From positions 62,001-118,044 of the forward strand of contig CAUYUJ010000116.1 in assembly GCA_963575745.1 (NCBI GenBank): 56,044 nt of DNA. Direction: 5' to 3'. The position numbers and the translations under genes were made by a program. Every line of letters starts with the position of its first letter. Position 1 is the stretch's first letter. Positions 28,015-39,600 of the stretch are shown piece by piece. This DNA is from Prorocentrum cordatum. Its lineage: Eukaryota. The notes under the pieces were generated by a model. It was not told the origin of the DNA and made no database searches. It saw nothing but the letters and a program-made list of their open reading frames with translations.

Positions 28015-28970
28015 GCGTATGACATGATTGACTGTCGCCCACTGGCAACGACCCTGCTCCGATTGCGTAGTTCACAAAACCGCTTCCCCTCAAGGGGGCT
28101 ATTAATGCATCCGTTGAGGAGCCGCTGCCACCCCCCCGGCCACGAGCGCGGACCTGGGCGCGAATCGCTGTGAAACTCCATAGCGGCAGGGCGGAGGACG
28201 CCCGAGAAGAGACCCTACCGGGGGCGAGGCGGCGTATGACATGATTTATGGTCGCCGTGCGGCGGGGGCGCGCACCCCGCGCAAGGCCGGGAGGGGCGCG
28301 CGGCGGCGCCGGGCCGGGCCGCGCCCGCACTCGGCCTGCTTCTGCTGCTGCCTCCTCCTCCTCCTCTCCTCCCTCCCCCTGCTGCTCTCCTCTTCCTTCT
28401 CCTCTCCCTGCTTCTGCTGCTGCCACTTCCTCTTCCTCTCCTCCCTTCCCCTGCTTTTGCTGCTGCCTCCTCCTCTTCCTCTGCTTTTGCTGCTGCCGCC
28501 TCCTCCTCCTCCTCCTCTACTCCCTTCCCCTGCTGGTCTCCTCGTCCTTCTCGAGCTGGTAAAAAAACAGATGATTTGCTGTCCCGCTCCCCCTCGGGAG
28601 CGCGCAAACATGGATTAGCGATCCATGGAATTGGCGCGCGGTAGCCAAATCCATGGATCGGGGGAGGTGCCCTCCTCCCCCAAAACGCGGCCGGTGCCGC
28701 CTCGCTCGGCGGCGGGAATCCGCGATTTCCCATGGAAGCGGGACCCGTCGCTAATCCACGCCCCTTGATCCATGTTTGCGATCGCCCGATCCTTCTGGAG
28801 CTGGTAAAAAATGTCCGATGAGTGGCGGTCCCGCTCCCAATCCCTGGGATTAGGTGGGGCATGTCGCCATACTGGCGCATTTTGGACGAAAAATACAAAA
28901 TAGACAAAACATGCGCCAAAATGCTCAAACATAATCAAAAATCGTCCCCTGACTATTTTCTGACTATTTC

Positions 28971-31352
28971 TCCCCATATCCAAAGATGGGGTTCTTGTTA
29001 TTGGCGGACCGCGCCGGAAGGACACAGAACAGGACAGAACACCACACCCATCACTCAGACACACACGTAAGTTATTCCCCATATCCTAAGATGGGGTTCT
29101 TGATTCCCCATATCCAAAGATGGGGTTTTTGATTCCCCACTCACTCATCACTCAGACTCACTCATCAAGACTCACTCATCACTCAGACTCAGTCCTCACT
29201 CAGACACACCACTCATCACTCAGACTCACCACTCAGATTCACTCATCACTCAGACTCACTCATGCTCTCTCATCACTCAGACTCAGTCATCACTCAGACT
29301 CAGGCGATTCGCTCGTCTCAGCAATCTAAGGGGGGCGGCGGGGGGGTATTTCACGGGGTCCCGTTCGCGGAATTTTGTGGGGATGTCTCAGGCGGTTTGG
29401 CCATTTTCTGATCCAACATGTTTCGTTTTCGGAGCAGATTTGGAGGATGTCTCAGGCGATTCGCTCGTCTCAGCACTCTAAGGGGGGCGGCGGGGGGGTA
29501 TTTCACGGGGTCCCGTTCGCGGAATTTTGTGGGGATGTCTCAGGCGGTTTGGTCATTTTCTCTTCCAACATGTTTTACTTGGACGCCTCCTACTCCTCCT
29601 CCTTCTTCTTCTCCTTCTCCCCCCCTCTCCTCCTCATACCCAGACTTACTCATACACAGACTGACTCACACTCAGACTTACTCATACCCAGACTTACTCA
29701 CACACAAAATTACTCTTACTCAGACCTACTCATACTCAGACCGGTCCCGTTCGCGGACGTTTTGTGGGGATGTCTCAAGCGGTTTGCTTGATTTCTGTCC
29801 CAGCATCCTTCGCTTTCGCAGCAGATTTGGAGGATGTCTCGAGCGAGGCGCTCATTTTCACCCTCCTAAGGGGAGCCGCCAGGGGTTCTCACGGCGCCGT
29901 TCGCGACCGTTTTGTGGGGATGTCTCAAGCGGTTTGCCTGTTTTCTGTCCCATCATCCTTCGCTTTCGGAGCAGATTTGGAGGATGTCTCGAGCGAGGCG
30001 CTCATTTTCACCCTCCTAAGGGGAGCCGCCAGGGGTTATCTCACGGTCCCGTTCGCGGCCGTTTTGTGGGGATGTCTCAAGCGGTTTGCTTGTTTTCTGT
30101 CCCATCATCCTTCGCTTTCGGAGCAGATTTGGAGATTGTCTCGAGCGAGGCGCTCATTTTCACACACCCCTAAAGAGAGCCGCCAGAGGTTCTTACGGTC
30201 CCGTTCGCGGCCGTTTTGTGGGGATGTCTCAAGCGGCTTGCCTGTTTTCTGTCCCAGCATCCTTCGCTTTCGGAGCAGATTTGGAGGATGTCTCGAGCGA
30301 AGCGCTCATTTTCACCCCCCTAAGGGGAGCCGCCAGGGGTTATCTCACGGTCCCGTTCGCGGCCGTTTTGTGGGAATGTCTCAAGCGGTTTGCCTGTTTT
30401 CTGTCCCAACACCTTTCGCTTTCGGAGCAGATTTGGAGGATGTCTCGAGCGAGGCGCTCATTTTCACACCCCAGGTGGGCCAAATGTTGAGGATGTCTCG
30501 ATCGGTTGCCGGACTCGTGGGCGCAGATTCTCCTCAGGATGCCACTGGAGGCACCAACAGGCTCCAGGAGGCCCCAGGAGACCACATGAGGTCCCAGGAG
30601 GCATCAGGAGGCCACAGAAAGACTCAAGAGGCCACAGGATGTCCCAAGAGGCTCTAGGAGGCCCCAGGAAGCTCCGGGAAGCCTCAGGAAGCCACAGGAG
30701 GCCCCAGGAGGCCAGAGGAAGCGCCAGGAGGTCTCGGAAGGCTACAAGAGGCCCCGAGAGGCCCCAGGAGCAGGAGGCCTCAGAAGGCAACAGGAGTGGC
30801 TCCAACCCCATGTGTTTTACGTATGCTCCTATAGATTGGGCCTCACCTGGAGCACGAATACTTGATGTTATACGTATGGTTCTATATGTTGTCCTTCTCC
30901 TGTGTACTGATGTTCCTATAGGGCCTCTCCTGGGGCACGAGTCCTTGGTGTTTTACGTGTGCTCCTATATATTGCCCCCTTCTCCTGTGGCTCCAATCTG
31001 CAATTTGTTTTGTACGTCTGTTGCTATATATTGGGCTTCTCCTGGGACACGAATCCTCCCTAGGAGGTCCCAGGAGGCCCCAGGAGGCCCCAAGAGGATC
31101 CTGGAGGCCCCAGGAAGCCCCAGTAGGTTTCAGGAGGCCCCAGGAGGCCCCAGGAGGACCCAGGCTCATGCGCAGAGACGCGCTCGTACTACTGAGGCTC
31201 ATTCACACTCCAATTCATTCTCAATTAGATTCATGACAAGACCTTCACAACTGAAGCCCGTTATATTCGAAAGCTCTTGCGCCTAGACATTCACGGCGGA
31301 CAGGTCCATGCGAATAGATGCACATATGGGGAGCTCCACGCAGTGAATAATT
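28971..31352 (+). mobile_element. DINE-1/HINE-like element, family H-A copy 2
   Basis: Heads TCCCCATATCCWAAGATGGGG at 28971, 29076, 29105; ACTCAG microsatellite; 152-bp arrays; 3' end AGATGCACATATGGGGAGCTCCACGCAGTGAATAATT. Confidence 0.65.
29301..30470 (+). repeat. Two 152-bp tandem sub-arrays (29301-29570; 29745-30470)
   Basis: Marker positions 29301/29453 and 29761/29911/30063/30215/30367. Confidence 0.9.
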
Positions 31353-31908
31353 CCCTACCTAGGCTCTGCCTAGAAGGGTTCTTACTCGGTAGCTTACAGG
31401 GCCGGGCAGTGTAACCCGCCCTGGGCGGTTCCCCCAGTAACCCGCCCCGCGGTTCCCCCAGTGACGTTCCCTTAGCTTAGCGTTGCTTATCCTATTTTAG
31501 CTTGGCTTATTTCATCTTACCTTAGCTTAGCTTCATCCTATCTCAGGTGTATCTTAGCTTTGCTCACCTTCATCTTAGCTTCGCTGAGCTTTAGCATAGC
31601 AGAGCACAGCATAGCATAGCAGAGCGTAGCATAGCATAGCGCAGCACAGCATATCATAGCAAAGCCCAGCATAGCACAGCATAGCGCAGCATAGCATAGC
31701 ATAGCATAGCAGAGCGCAGCACAGAACAGCACAGCATAGCACCGCGCAGCATAGCATAGCATAGCATAGCAGAGCAGAGCATAGCATAGCGCTGCATAGC
31801 ATAGCATAGCATAGCGCAGCATAGCATGGCATGGCATAGCATAGCATAGTAACTAATGCTGCTTTCCTAGGGGCTCCAACTTCTAGGTAGGGTCGCACTG
31901 GGGTAATT
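31351..31908 (+). mobile_element. HINE-like element, family H-B, with (GCTTA)n/(AGCAT)n filler
   Basis: 10-bp subTIRs CCCTACCTAG (31353-31362) / CTAGGTAGGG (31883-31892), 5' hairpin, ends in TAATT. Confidence 0.5.
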
Positions 31909-33711
31909 GATGTTTTGAATCCCCTGTAGGGGGACAGGCCCGACTTCCCCCTGGGTCCGAACATCGCACTGGACGGAGGGGGCCCGGGGAGGGGGGGGGG
32001 CCCTGGGGAGGCGGGGGCACGAGCTCGGCAACGCACCGCGGGGGCGATCTCCGGAGCCTCCAGAAAGCCCCAAGACGGCCCGATGAGCGCCGAGACGGTC
32101 CAAGAGAGCGTCGAGACGGCCCAGGGCACAGTGGGGCTTGATTGGACAGGACACCCGAGAGTTGTTTTTCCCATCGTACTCAAGGACCACATCCCAGGAA
32201 TAATTTCGATCACCAGGGAAACGTGTCGAAACAGTGTCGAAACAGTGTCGGACGAGTGTCTCCCAGGGCCCGACACGTGAAAACCCTCGAGTTTCGGTGC
32301 TTTTTCGGTGCTCGAAATTCTTCCTGGTGGTCAAGGCTAAAGTAAGTTGGAACGTCATAACCCGAGAGGACACAAGACTTTTCCGACGGCAGCGCGGCCC
32401 AAGAGCACCAAGGGGCATGCGTGTTGCATGGGTCGGGATAGACGATACACAAGCGTACCCTCGATTCGGCATGGTCGACCTACGAATCCCTGCCGCCTGT
32501 AGCTCAGCAACGGTCCGGGACGACGTCAAGACGGCCTGCGAGGCACCCAAGACCACCCAAGAGTGCTTCCAGAGGGCCGCCGAGAGGGTCCCAAGAAACA
32601 AACCTCGCTAGTTTCGTTTCGGAAAATGCATTTCCAACATGCCGACCTCTTTCGACCCAACAGCTCCCAGGACGGCCCAAAGAGCCACCAAGATCGCCTC
32701 AAAACGGCCCAGGAGGCCCCCAAAAGGGCCCCAAGACGGCCCAGGAGGGCCCCAAGAGGGCCCAAGAGTGACCCACGACGTCCCCAGGCGCCCGCCTCGA
32801 CGACCAGCGAGGGCCTCAAGAGGGGCCCAAGAGGGGCAATACGAACTGACATCTCAAGTCTTTCCTGCCGTGATGGCCCCAAGAGCACCCCCAGTGACCC
32901 CCTGGCCCAAGAGACCCCCGAGTCCCCAAAAAGCCAATCAGATCCCCTCAAGAGCCCTCCAAGAGGCACCTTCGAGGCAGTCAAGCAGACCTTCATGTAC
33001 GTCCCCCGAGGCTTTTGATCCACAGGCCAGGCACAGTGGCACGACGCTTTAAGAATTCTTGGTTATGGGATCCCGCAGGATTGCGTAAGCCTGTCTTGAA
33101 TCAGGCTGCAAAATCGATGCCCCCAGGGAAGGGGTCAAGCGAGCAGAGACAGATGGCTCGCTCCAGAAGCCCCGAGTATCCAGGAACAAGTGTGCCTCTC
33201 TCAGCTCGGGCACGCGCAGGAGCGACCCTGGGCAAGAGTGACCCTCGGTGCGCGGCTTCTGGGCGGTCCCGCGGGGGACCCCAACGCGAGCGCGCAATAC
33301 GCTACGTAGTATCGCGTCGAGTTTGGCGATCGGGGAGGAGGAGGAGGAGGAAGAAGAGAAGGAACATGAGGAGGACCAGGAGGGTGGGATGAGGAGGAGG
33401 AGGAGGAGGAGGAGGAGGAGGAGGAGGAGGAGGAGGAGGAGGAGGGTGGGAGGAGGAGGAGGAGGAGAAGGAGCAGGAGGAGGGTGGGAGGAGGAGGAGG
33501 AGGAGGAGGAGGGGGAGTAGGAGGAGGAGGAGGATGATGAGCAGGAGCCCTGGTGGGCCCTTATCAAGGAGGTTACTCCGGCGAAGGATCACTCCTAGTC
33601 TTGCGTGCAGCCGACGCTTCCCCAGGGGCGGCCCCTTCCACCCCGAGCAGCTTTTTCCCGCGTCCGCCCCGGGGGCCCGCGAGGACCCCTGGAGGCCGAG
33701 CACGGCCAGAC

Positions 33712-33872
33712 TTCGGTCGGGCATGTCCTCCTGCAGGCGGAGTTTGGAGGAAACATAAAAAACAGTCGACAATCAAATAAAAAATCCAAACAAATACTCG
33801 AAACACCGTCCCCAGACTATTTGGTTGACTACCTTTGCATCTTCCTCCTGTAAATTGACATGCCCGACTTAA
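33712..33872 (+). mobile_element. hAT-type MITE family A, copy 6
   Basis: Both TIRs; TSD decayed (4/8). Confidence 0.75.
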
Positions 33873-33957
33873 GTACAAATGCCTCCCGGTGTGAGTTCTG
33901 CCGCGACGCGAAGGGCCATTCCGCCGAAGGGTCATTCTCCCGCGTAGCCGATTAGAC

Positions 33958-34117
33958 TTAGGTCGGGCGTGTCCTCTTGCAGGCGTATTTGAGACGAAGG
34001 ATGAAACATGGTCAAGCATTTTCAAAAAAAACCATCAGACATAGTAAACACATCTTCCCACGACCATGTTTTACTATTTTCGGCTTCTCCTCCTGTAGAG
34101 GGACATGCCCGACTGAA
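33958..34117 (+). mobile_element. hAT-type MITE family A, copy 7
   Basis: Both TIRs; no recognisable TSD. Confidence 0.75.
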
Positions 34118-34173
34118 TGAAGATTCTACAGCGCTGCTTTCCCTCCGCCGTCTTCCCGCCCTGGCGGGCCCAC

Positions 34174-34205
34174 CGACGTGCTGCTCCTGCCGGCCTTCAG
34201 CCGCC
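34174..34205 (-). CDS. Candidate 32-nt micro-exon (AAEGRQEQHV)
   Basis: CAG|G acceptor, G|GT donor; phases 2 and 1 bridge exons 35914-36051 and 27030-27186. Confidence 0.35.
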
Positions 34206-34832
34206 CTGTGGCGATACCTACCAGACCACCCCAATCCGACCAGAAGACCCACATTTCGGGTGGGGGGGGTATGGGCTTCACATGAGTGTTTTTTCGATGT
34301 TCCCCGACCCCACCCCCACTGGAAATGAAGGGCCAATTGAAGCCTTCGGGTTGGGTTGGGGTGGTTTGGTGGGTGCAAGGGCTCCCAACTTCGCGCTTCG
34401 CGCTGCGCGAAGCGCGAAGTGCGAATAACTTCGCGCTCTCGCGCCGCCTCCCAGGGGAGAAGAGGAGGATGAGGAGGAATCGGAGCCGAACCGCGAAGCG
34501 CGAATAACTTCGCGCCCTCGAGGGCGCCCTTGTGGGTGGTGACTTCCTGACGCGCACCGAATGGGCGACGGACAAGAAAACACGGGTCCTGCGCGAGATG
34601 GCACAGCGACCCGACGCGGCGGCTCACGCGGGCCGCCAGCGCGGCACGCTGCGCCAGAGACGAGGGCGCTCACTTACGCGCCCTGACGCGGGCAGCTCGC
34701 GCGCGAAATGTCGGCGCAGACGACCCCGTGTTTCTTCTTTCGTTTGCGTCGCTCCTCTTTTCGTGTACGCCTTCCGCGCGCACGAGCGACCGCGTGCAAA
34801 GATGACGGCCGGCAGATGCTGGCCGCACATTT

Positions 34833-34975
34833 TTGGGTCGGGCCTGGCCCCTTACAGGGGGATCTTGGGGCGAAACACGAACAACATAGTCTCAAAAATT
34901 GTCAAAACATAGTCCCCATATTATGTTTTGACTATTTCTGAATATCCCTCCTGTGGAGGGACAGGCCCGACTGAA
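34833..34975 (+). mobile_element. hAT-type MITE family A, copy 8
   Basis: TIRs; TSD GCACATTT/GCGTATTT (6/8). Confidence 0.8.
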
Positions 34976-35203
34976 GCGTATTTGCGTGCGCGTACCCAGA
35001 CATCCGACGATGTCATTATTTCAACGCGCAAGCCCAGAAGTCTCGACCCCTCACCGGGGAGCAGTGCTTCGTCCTGGCTCCGTTCATGATGGCCCTGGGG
35101 CCCGGCAACGCCCCCAAGTGGGCCGAACTCGAAGAAAACGCCAGGACCGAACGAGCACTTTCGAATCGCCGCGGGGGGGCGGGGTAAGAGGATGGAGGCG
35201 TCA

Positions 35204-35592
35204 GAAGCAGATGCTAAGGTCGCCTATAACTGGCCCGACCCAACTTACAAGTGGGTTGCAAGCTCCCTAAGTGGCTCAAGAACGCACCTGTCCAGACTTT
35301 GTGGGCGGAGCCCGCTTGGCGGAGCTATCTAGTCACCCTCAAGCCACTCAGGGCACTTGTAACAAACTTCGAATCTAGGATCGGCTAGCTGCAACACACC
35401 TTTTACAGGACAAAAATGATGTCATGATGCGTTCGGGTCGGGGTACGTTTCGGGATTCAAGACTTCCGACCTATCTGACGGCCCTCGGTTCTGCAGCCCG
35501 CGTTGAACTCCTGGAAATCTCAAAAACCGGGGACATCATGGAACGTATCATGATCATGACCTCTCGCCCCTCTGAACCTCAGCATCCGCTTC
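35204..35592. mobile_element. MITE family D relative
   Basis: GAAGCAGATGCT...AGCATCCGCTTC termini; left arm resembles 20808-20870. Confidence 0.55.
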
Positions 35593-35913
35593 TTACCCGC
35601 CGCGTCCACTTAGCAACCCATGGTGAGAGCTGTTCATTCCTTGTTTTGCCGATCGGCGCGGGCCCTCGATCCCCCCCTCCCCACCCCCTGTGGAAATGAT
35701 CTTGGCTGTTTGGGGCGCCTTTTTCGAGCAGGTGCCGTCTGCCCCATGATGAACGCCCTGCTGCAAACAGTCGCACTGAGCAGAGGTCCGGAGCCAGACC
35801 CCCCCCCCCTCCCCATCCTCCCGCCCCAATGTCGAGACGCCGAACAAGAGAACGCCGACATGCCGCGACCCGAGCTGGCCTCTGCTCGAAGGGCCCGACG
35901 GGCCCACCCACGC

Positions 35914-36051
35914 CTCGAGAGCGCCAGGCGCCCCCTCGCCGACCCGGGCGCCTCGCCGCCCCCGTGGTGCAGGCCAAAGTGCACGGGGATCTTCTCGGCC
36001 TCCGCGCCCTGAAGCCAGCTGATCTCCCGAATGGTGATGTTGAGCAGGCTC
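35914..36051 (-). CDS. Host gene exon (SLLNITIREISWLQGAEAEKIPVHFGLHH...), donor position uncertain
   Basis: Pyrimidine tract then CAG|G; GC3-rich; phase 2 matches exon 43038-43070. Confidence 0.55.
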
Positions 36052-36298
36052 CTGTCCGGCAGGGTGGAGGAGGAGGAGGAGGAGGAGGAGGAGGAGGAGG
36101 GAGGGAGGAAGAGGAGGGAGGGAGGGAGGAGGGAGGGAGAGGGAGGGGAGGGAGGGGAGGGAGGGAGGGAGGGAGGGAGGGAAGGGAGGAGGAGGAAAGG
36201 AGGAGGAGGAGGAGGAGGGGGAGGAGGAGGAGGAGGAGGAGGAGGAGGAGTAGGAATAGGAATAGGAACCAATGGCGATGCCAATCCCAAGACTTGGG

Positions 36299-36610
36299 CT
36301 ACCCACGGCCTCGCTGGGCCTTTTCGGCCTTGCTGAGGACCTTGGGGGGGAGCCCTTCGTGAATTCTCCTGAAATACACACGTCCTGTGGCTCCGAGGGT
36401 GTCCGTGCAAGGCTTTGCTAGCGAACATAGCTGCTTGTCAGCTATCGCCCCACACTTGCCACAGAACCATACATTCAGAGACGGGTGGAAGTTGAGGTGG
36501 TGGGAATGGTGCAGCCAGCCCCCCCCGACATGGATTCTCCCTCCGACTGGAGGGGAGTAAATCAGCCCATTCACGTTCACCAAACTGTGACACTCAGTCG
36601 CATGGTGGCC
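36299..36610 (-). CDS. LINE ORF2 C-terminal Cys/His zinc-finger segment (frameshifted from the RT ORF)
   Basis: HHSHHL..WFCGKCG..LAKPC follows RHQL..CLRC of the RT ORF; stop at 36299. Confidence 0.65.
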   Translation of the reverse strand, partial: GHHATECHSLVNVNGLIYSPPVGGRIHVGGGWLHHSHHLNFHPSLNVWFCGKCGAIADKQLCSLAKPCTDTLGATGRVYFRRIHEGLPPKVLSKAEKAQRGRG

Positions 36611-39600
36611 AGTGACGCAGAGCCGCGGCACCGAAGGCATCTCTTTTTACAGTCGGACAGCTGATGCCGAGACATGAGAGCAGCAACGGCAGGAGCAGAG
36701 GGGGGAGGCGGGGGAGGGGGAAGCTTAGGGCCTCCGCGCAGCACACCACCGCGCTCACGCTCCAACTGCTTTTCCTTGGCAAGACAGTCAACCGCAGCTC
36801 GCAGCAGCCTGAGGCGCACGAGCCGTGCACGGCGCTCGTGTAACAGCAATCTGCATCGTTCTGCCTCGAGCACGCGCGCCTGGACGGCAGCCAGTCCCGC
36901 TAGCTCGTCCACCACTGCATTTCCTATAATCAGTTGGCGGATGCCTTGGCCAGCTGCCATCTGGCTGGCCGTCAAGTGAGAATGAGTGAAAAGGACCGAC
37001 ACATGATGGGGCGGGCGGTGAGTCATCAGCTGCCCGATGGCCGCCCAGAGGTCAGCGTCCGCTCCCCTGGGCTGAAGATATCTCTGCTCGTACCAGCCTG
37101 TGACAACATCTTCGAAATCGGTGACAAAAGTGAGAAACTGCGTGGTGGCCCAGAGGGCCAGGTGCAAGCACTTCAGCTCACCCCTGGCCACCACCTGCCG
37201 TCGTCCGCACAAGGGCCCAAAGATGGAGCCCCTAGGGACGATGGCAGGCTCCACACACTCGAAGCATGTGATGGCTAGGCCAACTCTCCGCAGCCTGGGG
37301 CACCTACTGTCTGGGCCCCCGCTGGCGTCGCCGGAAATCATGACGGGTCGCTCGGCCGAGCCAGGCCCAAAAAGTCCAGCCTCGAGCGTATGGCCGCCAG
37401 TGAACTGCCAGGCGTCCTGTGACGGCGGTGGGCTCACCTCCGTCCAATGCGCAGGGAGCAGCCCGCGCAGCCAGAACGCCTCCGCAGTGTTGCACTGCGT
37501 CACCGCCTGCATGCACAAGTCTTCCGAGTCGGTGTAGGGCTTGGCATCTGTGTTACACCTGCACTGCCAGTACCGATGTAGTGGGGTTTCGACCTCCTCG
37601 TTGCAGCGGTCGCAGATGTCCGTGCCCTGGTATCTCTTGAGCTCCTGCTTCTTCCTCTGCTTATTCCATATCCAGCCTGGCGCGACCATCACCATGATTT
37701 CGCACAACCTCTTGCCGTTGGGCACCTGGGACAAGTGCCTCAGTAGCTGGATGCACGAGGTGTTGTCGACGCCCTGCTCCAACCCCCCGCCGCAGAAGTG
37801 CTTGGCAGCCTGGGTCCAGAGCTGGGTCTGGCAGGCCTGGCGCACGTCGTCCAGGAGATGATCGTGGCGGTCCACGTGGGGGTTTCCCGTGTAGATATGA
37901 TCTGGGAACTGCCACTCCCCACTGCGATCAGGGCCGACTTGAAACGACCACGTATCGGGAGCATGGGGAGTCCAGCCCAGCCTCAGCAGCGTGTGAATGA
38001 TGGCCCCAGTAGGGCCTTTGATGAGCCGTACCTGAGCTGGCACAGGAACTGCCTGCATCTGCTGCACAATAGCGGGCCACGCACGACGGACCCCCGCCCT
38101 GATCCCGGGGCAGTCGCGCCAAATCTTGAGCCAAGTGTCCACCGTCTGGGTCGGGCAGAGCACTCCAGGATCAGCTCCAGGGGCCCTGAGCGCCAGGACG
38201 GTGGTGAGGCATCGGCCTCGCGCTGGCGAGGCACAAGCCTGCGCAAGCCTGCGCCTGCTCCTCGTGAGCTGCTCGCCGAAGAGCCCGTGGACCTGGTGCC
38301 CGTAGAGACCCGCGGGTAGACCGCCTTGCCTCTGGAGCTTGGTCATGGCCCCGTACTGCTTCGTGGCTCTCGTGAACCTTCGGATTTTGACGCTCATGAG
38401 CCGATGCTTCTTCTCGCGCAGCACCCTGGTCGCTCGCGCTCTCCTACCGCACCCGAAATCGATGCCCAGGTAGGTGGCGTGCGTCACTGGCTTAATCACA
38501 AAGCCTGCACGTCGGACCTGGCGAGCAATAGCCCGAGCATCATGCATCGAACTGCAAATGACAACTGATTTATCGGCAACCTTAAGCTTGCGCTGCTGCA
38601 GCTCACGGCACGTCATGATGATGCCGCTGGCGAGCTCCGAGCGGATGGCCCTGCTAGACCCCTTGAATGTCTCCGACACGTCGTCGACCCATAGCATCGC
38701 CCCCATCCTCGGATGGGCTGTGGTGACCGTGGCCATGACATGGTGGGTCATCATCTTGGCGAAGCGGGTTCCTGACCGCAGCCCTTGCACGACGCTGAGG
38801 AGCGGGTCAAACAAAGTCGACACAGTCTTGTCCTGCTCCAAGCAGCGTGGTGCCACGCATTGAAGAAGTTCTAAGTACAATATCACTGGTGGAAAGTGAA
38901 GCCGCAGCGCGGCTGAAACGAGGATGTCCCACGGGATGCTGTCGTAGAACGTGGCGATATCCAGCATCCCGTGGCCGTGCTGCATGCCCATGGTGAAAGC
39001 CAGCTCCTCATCGAGCGCTCGCAAGAAAGCCTCCTGCAGGCAAGAGTTGCCTGGGAGGGCGGCGTCCCAGTGGCGAGCGCTCTCAGCCGACCAGGTCTGC
39101 ACGGACGGCTCGCGCATCAAAGACCAGAGTCGGCCGAGCATCGACACGAGGCCGATCGCCCGATCGCCCCCAGTCTTTTTGGGAGTGAGCTTCCCAATCA
39201 CTGCCAACGTCTGGGCGGGCCAGGCCAACGTGGCCTCGACCGCCTCCAAGATCAAGAGCAGCTCCGCCTGGCCTTCGACTGGGAGCCTCTGGTAGCCGGT
39301 AGGCGTGACCATGTCGATGCCCATGCCTGCCTTGGCCTTCATACGTGAAGCAGCCCTGGTAACGTCCGTCACCTCGAGCTGCGGGAGCGGCTCGTCGACC
39401 GCTCGAACTCGAATCTGTCGAAATAGTTCTCTCACGTCCTGCAGCTTGGGGGCCGAGGGTGCCCACAGCTGCTGGTACTTCTGCGCCTTTGCGTCCATGA
39501 TGTCCTTCGGATGGTACACCAGCTGCTGGCCCGCCACGATCTCGGTAGGAGGCAGAGGACCCTTCTTCAAAGATTTGTGGAGAATGCCGTTCGCTTCTGG

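Larger units (their letters stand above)
28850..31948 (+). mobile_element. hAT-type MITE family A, copy 5, split by a 2.9-kb insertion
   Basis: Left part 28850-28970, right TIR ends at 31948; TSD CCCTGGGA/CCCTGGGT (7/8) links the halves. Confidence 0.75.

Noticed and set aside
38125..38134. TTGGCTCAAG SL-like match (similar partial matches near 35272 and 55130)
   Set aside because: Lies inside RT coding sequence or repeats, not at an element or gene 5' boundary.
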